Shown: piece after piece, positions 40,101 through 49,698 of the stretch
Numbering within the stretch: the stretch's first letter is position 1
Layout: every line of letters starts with the position of its first letter
Assembly (NCBI GenBank): GCA_964035545.1
Contig: OZ037765.1
Coordinates: forward strand, 13,464,698 to 13,528,697
Reading direction: 5' to 3'
Source of the DNA: Bugula neritina
Taxonomy: Eukaryota; Animalia; Bryozoa
Length of the DNA stretch: 64,000 bases
Translations under genes and position numbers: made by a program
The notes under the pieces: generated by a model
Database searches by the model: none
What the model was told of the DNA's origin: nothing
The model's input: only the letters and a program-made list of their open reading frames with translations

Positions 40101-42825
40101 AGTGGGCTGACCATCCTTATGATTATGATTATGATAGTCTGCTATGCTCTCTGTATTCTACAGCCACTATTGGTGATTGATGAAATTAAGAATTTGAAGT
40201 AAAAATGTGTTATTTTCACCTGTGCCATTTTACTAGAAATCTATATCTAGCTTTTATATAATATTCTTGTAATTTTTCATCATAGCAATGAATAAATTAC
40301 ATTGTTTCCACACTAATATTTCATATATTTATAGTTTATTTGAAAGCTTACGTTGTTTATTGTGGATGCAGTTGACTGCTGCAGAAACTGCCTACTATTT
40401 TCAAAATTTAAAAGGAAAACAAATTCTTGGTGCAGAAGTGACAGAATATGTAATACATTTTTTTCAAATCGAAAGTAAGAAATGGGGTCATTTCAGCATT
40501 CATAAGCTGCACATAATAGCTTATGTGTATATTTATATGGTATGGACTTGCTATTACTGCAAGCAACAATATTATTACCAGCATGGTAGTTCCCATGGCT
40601 TACATACAATAAAATTCTAGTTGAATAGAATATTTACTATTGTAAAGTACAAAACAAATGACCAGAATATTTCATTTGTTAAACAGAAATTTTGTAACAC
40701 TACTGTGGATTGGCTACTGTACATTAGCTAGATGTAGGCGGAGTCTACACTAACCAGCCATCCAGATGCATATACTAAAGGGCCATTCAAAAACCAGCCA
40801 ATCAAAGTCATGTACCAAATTCACAGATGTTTACTGCAAGCTTCCAATGCTAAACAATAACCCATTCAAGCTGCAACAACAAATAACTACTAAGCTGGCA
40901 GTTATGTAATAATTGGCCTTAAGTTGCAAAAGTGTACCAGGTCATTTTTCTAGACATGCAATTTTTAATAGCATTTTATAAACCCTTAATTTAGACATTT
41001 TAAAAATCATTTCAAGAGTCATCAATTTAAGATTTTAAATTAAATAATGCATAAAAAAAAAGTTGCACAACTAGCTTCTAGAAGCATGCATTTTGCAATT
41101 GAACTTGCAGAATTATATATCAGTTACAATGGTAAGACATTGACCTGGTACACTTCGCTGATTGGCTGAGTTTTACATGGTCTATTGCTGCGAAACTGGT
41201 TTTGTAATTTGGGAGCTCATATATTCAGTTTGCATTCTGCCATTTGAGGTAATGTGTAAAATGCATGTTGATTGTAATTTTCATTTCTTGAAAACATCAT
41301 TATATTTAATTTGAGAATTTTTGCACCTTTTTTAACATAAAAGTTAGGTTTTCATATTTTGGTGCAATCAGCTAGCAGCATTCAGTTTATATTACGTGAT
41401 GTGCTATCAGCTTATTTCTGGTTCTCCAGGTATAACCCCAATGCTGCAGTTGATCAAGGATGTCCTTAAGCGCCCTGAAGACAAAACTAAACTTAGCCTA
41501 ATTTTTGCTAATCAGGTAAGAAATTTTTAAACGTTCTAAATTTAAAATGTTTTAGCAGACATCAGGTTTCTCTAATACATTAACTGTAACTCAAACGAGC
41601 TCTGCAGAATTTAAAACTTTGATATGTTATAAAAAATTAGATTTCTGTTTTTTCCATAGCTGTGGATAAAGGTATGTCTAATATTTTTAGACTGAGGAAG
41701 ACATTTTGCTACGGGATGAATTGGAAGGCTTGGCTGAAACTCACAAAGACCGCTTTACCCTCCACTATACTTTGGATCGTCCGAAAGAAGGTAGTTGGGC
41801 ACTGCCTGCATGTACTTGTTCGTGTATATTATTTTGGCAGTTTCAATAATTTTAGCGTTGATATTAATTGGGTCCTTTTTCAGTTTATGCTGAATCTATT
41901 ATTTATACGCAGTATAAGATCAAAGACTGCCATAACATTATGCAGGCTGATGATAGATTGTGCTATAATTGTTAAGTATTGGCTAAGTCAGGGTTTGACT
42001 TTAATGTGTTTGTTGTAATACATATATTTTGCTACTGAACGGTAATTCATTCATTATATCGGTGGTTTATTTTTGCTACTCCGCTAATTGTCTAATTCCT
42101 TATATTTTGTATACATTGAAAGAAGGTAGTTGGGCACTGCATGCATGTACTTGATCGTGTATATTATTTTGGCAGTTTCAATAATTTTAGCATTGATATT
42201 AATTGGGTTCTTTTTCAGTTTATGCTGAATCTATTATTTATACGCAGTATAAGATCAAAGAATGCCATAACATTATGCAGGCTGATGATAGATTGTGCTA
42301 TAATTGTTGAGTATTGGCTAAGTCAGGGTTTCACTTTAGTGTGTTTGTTGTAATACATATATTTTGCTACTGAACGATATTTTCATTTATTATATCGGTG
42401 GTTTATTTTTGCTACTCCGCTAATTGTCTAATTCCTTATATTTTGTATACATTGATAGCATTATTTGATTTCATAGTAGTTTTCAACTTTTTATGTTGTT
42501 ATAGTTTTTTAAGGTAATAGAAAAATAGTTGATTATGACAAACCAGATAGTCCATTTTATTGCCTGTAGGAAGTTGGTGTGTACCATATAGTTGTAAAAC
42601 CAATCATACCTCTATGATTTCATTAGTTGAGTCTTCATTAATAATATTGCAGATTGGAAGTACAGTAAAGGCTTCATCAGTGCCGACATGATCAAAGACC
42701 ATTTACCTTCCCCAGCTGCTGACACACTCATCATAATGTGTGGACCTCCCCCCATGATCAATTTTGCGTGTAACCCTAACCTTGACAAGCTGGGTTACGC
42801 CGACCATCTCAGATTTGCCTATTGA
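28152..42825 (+). CDS. CYB5R3: NADH-cytochrome b5 reductase (CYB5R3-like), 8 coding exons, about 309 aa
   Basis: Exons 28152-28181 (least certain), 29441-29587, 30334-30406, 35741-35847, 36380-36593, 41430-41515, 41691-41790, 42653-42825 (930 nt, in frame). N-terminal membrane anchor, [23 protein letters not shown] (FAD), [35 protein letters not shown] (NADH), [14 protein letters not shown] at 43048. Confidence 0.93.
28714..29244. mobile_element. MITE with GG...CC termini and 15-bp subterminal units (Merlin/MULE-like)
   Basis: ggtgtcatcccagatagacgcttcccagttagacgct ... agcgtctaactgggaagcatctatctgggatgaaacc. Flanks ctactaat and atactaat (7/8 match). Confidence 0.75.
30599..35701 (-). mobile_element. 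Academ (AcademX-type) DNA transposon derivative, palindromic, in b5-reductase intron 3
   Basis: Termini TAGTGGGGGTGCC...GGCACCCCCACTA (YR..YR), 3-bp TSD TCT (30596-30598 and 35702-35704). Inverted arms 30599-31788 and 34599-35701. Internal coding remnants show transposase + XPG-like nuclease + Cys-rich finger. Confidence 0.85.
31561..34598 (-). pseudogene. Disrupted Academ transposase-XPG nuclease-Cys finger gene, 5'-truncated
   Basis: Transposase motifs [67 protein letters not shown]-like motifs [48 protein letters not shown] and C-terminal [23 protein letters not shown]. Several stops and frameshifts between the ORF fragments. Confidence 0.85.
36820..37017 (-). mobile_element. tRNA-derived SINE, copy D
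   Basis: Minus strand ggggagcagccgttgtctaggggttaaagc ... GGTTCGATCCCC (B box), core gttgacgttaggaagggcattcagttacg. Confidence 0.8.
37034..41183 (-). mobile_element. ISL2EU/PIF-Harbinger-type transposon derivative, palindromic, copy 1, in b5-reductase intron 5
   Basis: Termini AGACCATGTAAAACTCAGCC...GGCTGAGTTTTACATGGTCT; AT TSD within an aATt target. Arms 37034-38111 and 40127-41183. Confidence 0.88.
38048..40115 (-). pseudogene. THAP-tail + HTH + DDE_Tnp_4-type transposase, 5'-truncated, one intron
   Basis: Exon 39684-40115 ([17 protein letters not shown] = THAP C-terminal end; TKFYTGIPT), GT-AG intron 38841-39683, exon 38048-38840 ([31 protein letters not shown]). The frame is continuous after splicing, but the start codon and THAP zinc ligands are missing. 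Confidence 0.85.
41783..42453 (+). repeat. 335-bp tandem duplication covering the exon 7 donor site of the b5 reductase
   Basis: Units 41783-42117 and 42118-42453, both starting gaaagaagGTAGTTgggcactgc, with only scattered substitutions. Confidence 0.92.
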
Positions 42826-43251
42826 GTGTGTAGTCAGCAGATAAACATGTGAAACTTATTCACACTTATTCACACTTATTCACGAAACGATTTACCCTGC
42901 ATCAAAATGTAGGGTTGCTTGTGTTTGACTTGAACTTCTTGAATGACTGTAATGCATTTATTCTACAAAATCTTTAGTACTAATAGATTATTATGTCATT
43001 GTTATGTTATCATACTTGATTTTAAAATTTCAAATTGAAGCATACAAAATAAAATCATAGCCTTTTACAATTTGTAAGCTTCCATTATATTTTGGAGCAA
43101 ATCAGTGCACTTGTAGTACACAAATGCATTTGGGTAGCTATTTAAACATGAAGAAAATAAGGATACTAATTTTTATAAGAAAGTTTAATGCCTGCCCTGG
43201 AAGAAAGTGTAGGTCTTTATCGTTGGTTATTGGATTATCAATATAGCCAAT

Positions 43252-46200
43252 AGACCATGTAAAACTCAGCCAATCAGCGAAGTGTACCAGGTCAATGTCT
43301 TACCATTGTAACTGATATAAAATTCTGCAAGTTCAATTGCGAAATGCATGCTTTTAAAAGCTAGTTGTGCAACTTTTTTTTCATGCATTATTTAATTTCA
43401 TACCTTAAATTGATGACTCTTGAAATGAATTTTTAAAATGTCTAAATTAAGTGTTTATAAAATGCAATTGAAAATTTCATGTCTAGAAAAATGACCTGGT
43501 ACACTTTTGCAACTTAAGGCCAATTATTACATAACTGCCAGCTTAGTAGTTATTTGTTGTTGCAGCTTGAATGGGTTATTGTTTAGCATTGGAAGCTTGC
43601 AGTAAACATCTGTGAATTTGGTACATGACTTTGATTGGCTGGTTTTTGAATGGCCCTTTAGTATATGCATCTGGATGGCTAAGTAGTGTAGACTCCGCCT
43701 ACATCTAGCTAATGTACAGTAGCCAATCCACAGTAGTATTACAAAATTTCTGTTTAACAAATGAAATATTCTGGTCATTTGTCTTGTACTTTACAATAAT
43801 AAATATTCTATTCAACTAGAATTTTATTGTATGTGAGCCATGGGAATTACTAAGAGGTTAAATCAACCACCCATGCTAGTAATATTGTAGCTCGCAGTAA
43901 TAGCAAGTCCACACCATATAAATATACACATAAGCTATTATGTGCAGCTTATGAATGCTGAAATGACCCCATTTCTTACCTTCAATTTGAAAAAAATTGT
44001 ATTACATATTCTGCCACTTCTGCACCAGGAACTTGTTTTCCTTTTAAATTTTGAAAATAGTGGTCAGTTTCTGCAGCAGTCAACATTCACAATAAACAAC
44101 GTAAGCTTTCAAATAAACTATAAATATATGAAATATTAGTGTGGAAACAATGTAATTTATTCATTGCTATAATGAAAAATTATAAGAATATTATATAAAA
44201 GCTAGATATAGATTTCTAGTAAAATGGCACGGGTAAAAATAACACATTTTTACTTCAAATTCTAAATTTCATCAGTCACCAATGGTGGCTGTAGATTACA
44301 GAGAGCACAGCAAACTATCATAATCTTGTCTAATAGAGGTGCCAACACCAAGTTCACACTTCCAGGACCATTTAAAATATTGAACTCCTTTATTCCTTCG
44401 ATTGCTCTTTTGACATGGATTCGAAGGTTAGCAATCAACTTTGTTTGCAGTAACTGCATTTTAGTCATTTGCAAATGGCCTCTTTTCCCAGGTGGTATGG
44501 CCAACTTGGCTCCAGCGCCTATAAGTTCTTTTTCAATAAGAAAGCCTCTATCTGCCATAACCACATCACCTGAGTTTATGAAGTCTAAGAACCCAGAGTC
44601 ATTCACTACACACTTGTCTTAGGCTCTACCTCCCATTCCATGCGAAATAAAGCAAATAGTGCCCTTGGGTGTAATTGCAACCAAATAATTGATGGTGTTG
44701 GTCTTTTTATACTCACTCCATGTTAAAGATTGAGCCAGCTTTGATTGAGGCTTACAAATGAATATTTCTGTGCAGTCTATAATGCACCTAATGTTAGCAT
44801 ATTGGCTTTGAAAGCTCAGAGGAATGTTCAGCTTCTCTCTTGTTGGAAAAACTATTAGATTGTTTAGTTCTCTTGCTAAAATATCTAATGTGTCTTTGAA
44901 GGTTTTGCTTGCTAGCAATTTAGAGATATAAAAAAGGCCAGCAAGCATTTGAAACTGTAAGTCTTGACGCAGCTTCATCAAAGCCAATAAAAGTTTATCT
45001 TGTCCTGTTAACTTTTTTTCTGAAAGTGAGAACTTTCATCTTCGGACATATAAATCTAAATATAGTAAACAAAGAATGAAAATTAAATTATGATTCAAAT
45101 TATAATGTATGTGCTAAATAAATTTTGTGCTTAGTTTGTATTCATTCAGCAGTTTTTACCCTCTGGTAAGTAGCTTCAGTTATATTTTGCAAGAACTATG
45201 AAGTTCAAGAACTGCTAGTTGAAGCCTTGACCCAATATATCACCATCCAAACAGAATGTAATGTGTGTCAACATGTGTTACATAATACTGTAACAGTACA
45301 TAATAAGCTAGTTGTATAAATACATCCTTTGAATGAAGTCATGAGTTTAAACAAATACTGTGGACAAACAATTATTACTTCATTTTATAATTATACTATA
45401 ACTAATTCAAACCCATATTATTTCTAGAATAGCATTTAATAATGTTTGTGAATAAGTGAAACTAGTAACAAGTGTAAACCATTTTAGTTTTAAACACTGA
45501 CTTAGTTTCAACTAAAAATTAGATTAGGAGGCCACTTTTGATAAGCTTTAAAATAACCAAGGAAAATTTAAGCCAAAACAATTTACTTTTCCTGGAGAAA
45601 GTGAGTCAATTTGTCCACAAATAAAAGACTGCTGCTTGTTTAAATAAAACCCTAAACTAAATAAATCAAAGCATGCAGATGGCCACTGTGGTATTTATGA
45701 ATATCTTACATAAAACAACATCTTTAATAAGAAATGTATGAATGATACACTCATACTGCAACAAATTTAATTAAAATGACAGTTTTACTACACATCAAAT
45801 TTAATCAATGTAGAAATTTTAGCATAGTGAGACTTGCATTGTTTATTTGTAATAAACCATAGTTTATCTTTGCAATAAGAAAATCATAATTTTTACCTTG
45901 CTAAAAAATAGTATAGAGAACGTGTAGGAATTCCAGTATAGAATTTAGTTCGCTCATCTGTAGTGGTGAAAGTTTTAAAAACTTTTACTTTTTCAATAGT
46001 TGCTTTTTGTTTAAACGTGGAACTTTTTGAGCCTTTTCTTCCAACTTTTGATTTTCGTCTATCAATAGAATGTGCAGATCTTTTTTTCTGAGTAGTTGAT
46101 GTTTCTGGTAACTCAGTTACTTCTGATGAAGTCTGACTATGAGGATGGCTGTCAGATGAGTTCTGTTGCTCTATATCAGCTGACTCTGTTGAAGACGTTT

Positions 46201-47412
46201 TCTGTTCGCTTCTTTCACATGTTTCATTAAAACCACTGTTTTTTTTGTGCGTCTTACATTATATGCTTTAGTGCATTGGTAACCCAAATGAAGGGTTGGA
46301 GTTGGATTTTGCTCAGTGGGCTGACCATCCTTATGATTATGATAGTCTGCTGTGCTCTCTGTAATCTACAGCCACCATTGGTGACTGATGAAATTTAGAA
46401 TTTGAAGTAAAAATGTGTTATTTTTACCCGTGCCATTTTACTAGAAATCTATATCTAGCTTTAATTTATATAATATTCTTATAATTTTTCATTATAGCAA
46501 TGAATAAATTACATTGTTTCCACACTAATATTTCATATATTTATGGTTTATTTGAAAGCTTACGTTGTTTATTGTGAATGTTGACTGCTGCAGAAACTGA
46601 CCACTATTTTCAAAATTTAAAAGGAAAACAAGTTCCTGGTGCAGAAGTGGCAGAATATGTAATACAATTTTTTTCAAATTGAAGGTAAGAAATGGGGTCA
46701 TTTCAGCATTCATAAGCTGCACATAATAGCTTATGTGTATATTTATATGGTGTGGACTTGCTATTACTGCGAGCTACAATATTACTAGCATGGGTGGTTG
46801 ATTTAACCTCTTAGTAGTTCCCATGGCTCACATACAATAAAATTCTAGTTGAATAGAATATTTATTATTGTAAAGTACAAGACAAATGACCAGAATATTT
46901 CATTTGTTAAACAGAAATTTTGTAATACTACTGTGGATTGGCTACTGTACATTAGCTAGATGTAGGCGGAGTCTACACTACTTAGCCATCCAGATGCATA
47001 TACTAAAGGGCCATTCAAAAACCAGCCAATCAAAGTCATGTACCAAATTCACAGATGTTTACTGCAAGCTTCCAATGCTAAACAATAACCCATTCAAGCT
47101 GCAACAACAAATAACTACTAAGCTGGCAGTTATGTAATAATTGGCCTTAAGTTGCAAAAGTGTACCAGGTCATTTTTCTAGACATGAAATTTTCAATTGC
47201 ATTTTATAAACACTTAATTTAGACATTTTAAAAATTCATTTCAAGAGTCATCAATTTAAGGTATGAAATTAAATAATGCATGAAAAAAAAGTTGCACAAC
47301 TAGCTTTTAAAAGCATGCATTTCGCAATTGAACTTGCAGAATTTTATATCAGTTACAATGGTAAGACATTGACCTGGTACACTTCGCTGATTGGCTGAGT
47401 TTTACATGGTCT
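43252..47412 (-). mobile_element. ISL2EU/PIF-Harbinger-type transposon derivative, palindromic, copy 2
   Basis: Same termini and AT TSD in aATt. Arms 43252-44325 and 46335-47412. Same internal junction as copy 1. Confidence 0.88.
44262..46329 (-). pseudogene. Disrupted DDE_Tnp_4-type transposase of copy 2
   Basis: Collinear with copy 1, but with homopolymer frameshifts (about 45013 and 46240), a TAA at 44619 and the catalytic E changed to K (RIHVKRAI). Confidence 0.85.
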
Positions 47413-49626
47413 ATTATTGGAAGCACCGATGACTGGAATCATTTAGAACTCATTAATTAATAAAATTGTTCACTTCATATCATCATGTCCTTAAAGCAGT
47501 TGTAAATATAATAAAACAGTAAATGGGATTTTTAATGTAATATGCCTTTGATCATTATAGCATGACAACAGAGGCATACTCTTGACTTCCAGGAAAAGAG
47601 TTTCATTTAAGTAAATAAATGACTTCCACAGACACGTACATTAATACAAAGTCTATTAGTCTTCAAAGTTGTTGGTAAAGCACACAAATAATAAACATGA
47701 GCCACTATGAATAATTCACTTTTATTTCAGCTGTACTGGTAGAATTTAATAGAGTGAATACTGGCAAATTTTGTGTAGCCCAAGCAGTAATACTGTGATG
47801 GTTACAAAGTACCCAGAGAACTTGGGATTTAAATGGCCCCTTTTGCAAGATTTGAAATAATGAACATGTGTAACTGACACTAAACTAGAATATTTAATAA
47901 TGAGACAGTTATATTTCAGACCTTGAAAGCTAAAAAACAAATTTCAGAAATACATAAAACTACACACAAATTACACCAATTGCATTAAAGATTCCTTTTG
48001 GAATAATAAAGCAAAGTGCATGTTTTATTGCAAAAATAACCCAACATTTTCAAAATAAGAAAATCGGTTTAAGGTAGACTATGAAAAGTCATGCCCTTCG
48101 AGCCAAGTATTGGAATTTTTTGAAATCCAAAAAATATTGGCCAAAGTGGGCGTCACAAGCAACATTGTAAAGAAATGAAACTAAAAAACTACGAAATAAA
48201 CAAAATTAGCTATTTGAAACTATTTATAATCGCCAAAATTGAAAATGTTCCATTAATGAATGGAATATGTCCGAAAAATGTCACATTAGTTTGTAACAAA
48301 GATTCAACAACATATCTGTATATGGGTATTATATGAGCATAATATACATAACAGCCTACTTGTATATAACGCAATGTCATGCTTGTATGAAAGCCTATGT
48401 TATATACTAGAGTATATAAAAGCATAGAGTTAACAGCATACATAATGGCAGTAGCCCTAACAGATTGTACATACATATTTTGTCTAGACCCCCAAATTAA
48501 TATCCTGTATTATATTGCCTATACATGCATTTCTTATAAAATATAGGAAATCCAAATTCTAGTTTCATGAAGTTTTTTTGAGTAGGCTAACTATGAAAAG
48601 TAGGCGCATATTCTATGCAGTTTGTAATTATAACAAAATTGTCCTATAACTGCATAAACTAGGGCTTCTTATTTTTCCTTGGGCGCAGCTCCAGTTCACA
48701 TCAGCCCTAATAATAATAATAGTATATGAAACAACTTGAGTTTTGAATGCAAAATCAGAAATTTGAAAACAATGCAATCAGGTGACATACTAATGTACTA
48801 CCAAAAATTTGAAATATTTCATTAAACATATTAATCTAAATTAAGTAAAAATCATATCACTGTTATTTCAGCCAAAACTCTTATTTGTGCTTAACCGTGC
48901 TAATTTGTCATGCCTATTAGAATTATCCCTAAAATACAACGATCCGTGCAGCTAGCTGCTTCAGGATTTGTCTTCTCATCAAGAAAAAACAATGGATTTA
49001 TAAGAAAGATACTGTATTTTTACCAAAGTCCTGCATAATGTAAATTAATAATGACAAAATACAACTAAAATATTTTACCACTCAAGCCGTCCACTTATAC
49101 ATATGCTTTTATATTGTGTATAGTGTTTGCAACATTAATAATAGACTCGGGTGCGAGTGTGCTTGTTCATATAATAATGAAGTAGCAACAAAATATTTGT
49201 CTATACACCATCTTTAGTTAACCGATAGAGCTATGCTATGAAATTTTATTGTTTAAACTAAGCAGCCTTTTAAAGATAAGGGAGTTATATTACAGTGGTA
49301 ACAGTTTACATGCCATCTAATTTTCTGTAGTATAGTAAATCAATGAGGTATATTACATCATTGTAATAATCTTTGTAGTGTTTGTGATAGCACTAGCTAG
49401 GAACTTTATATTGCTCCTTGGAGTAATTGCAACTCCACTTCACAAACAACCAATATCATGCAGTCATCCTAGCTGATTTAAGTCATAGAACTATCATGAG
49501 GACTTGTATACAACTGGGTGAAAATAACTTAAAATGAGGATATCAACTATAAAGTCAGCAATTAATTCATCATTATGGTAGTTTTGGCTACTATCATGGA
49601 CAATAGCAATGCCATAATTCTGATAG

Positions 49627-49698
49627 CTTTCAAGCACTGGTGCCCAAATGTGCTTCTATTCTGAAAACTTTCAAGCACTGGTGTCCAAATGTGCTTCT
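49627..49698 (+). repeat. 31-bp direct repeat, period 41
   Basis: ctttcaagcactggtg(c/t)ccaaatgtgcttct at 49627 and 49668. Confidence 0.85.

Noticed and set aside
37034-47412. The two ISL2EU copies as an assembly duplication or a recent local hop
   Set aside because: Different flanks, separate TSDs and many substitutions and indels between them.
48069-48290. Possible Kolobok-like terminus (ttaaGGTAG...)
   Set aside because: No matching opposite end or second copy found in the window.
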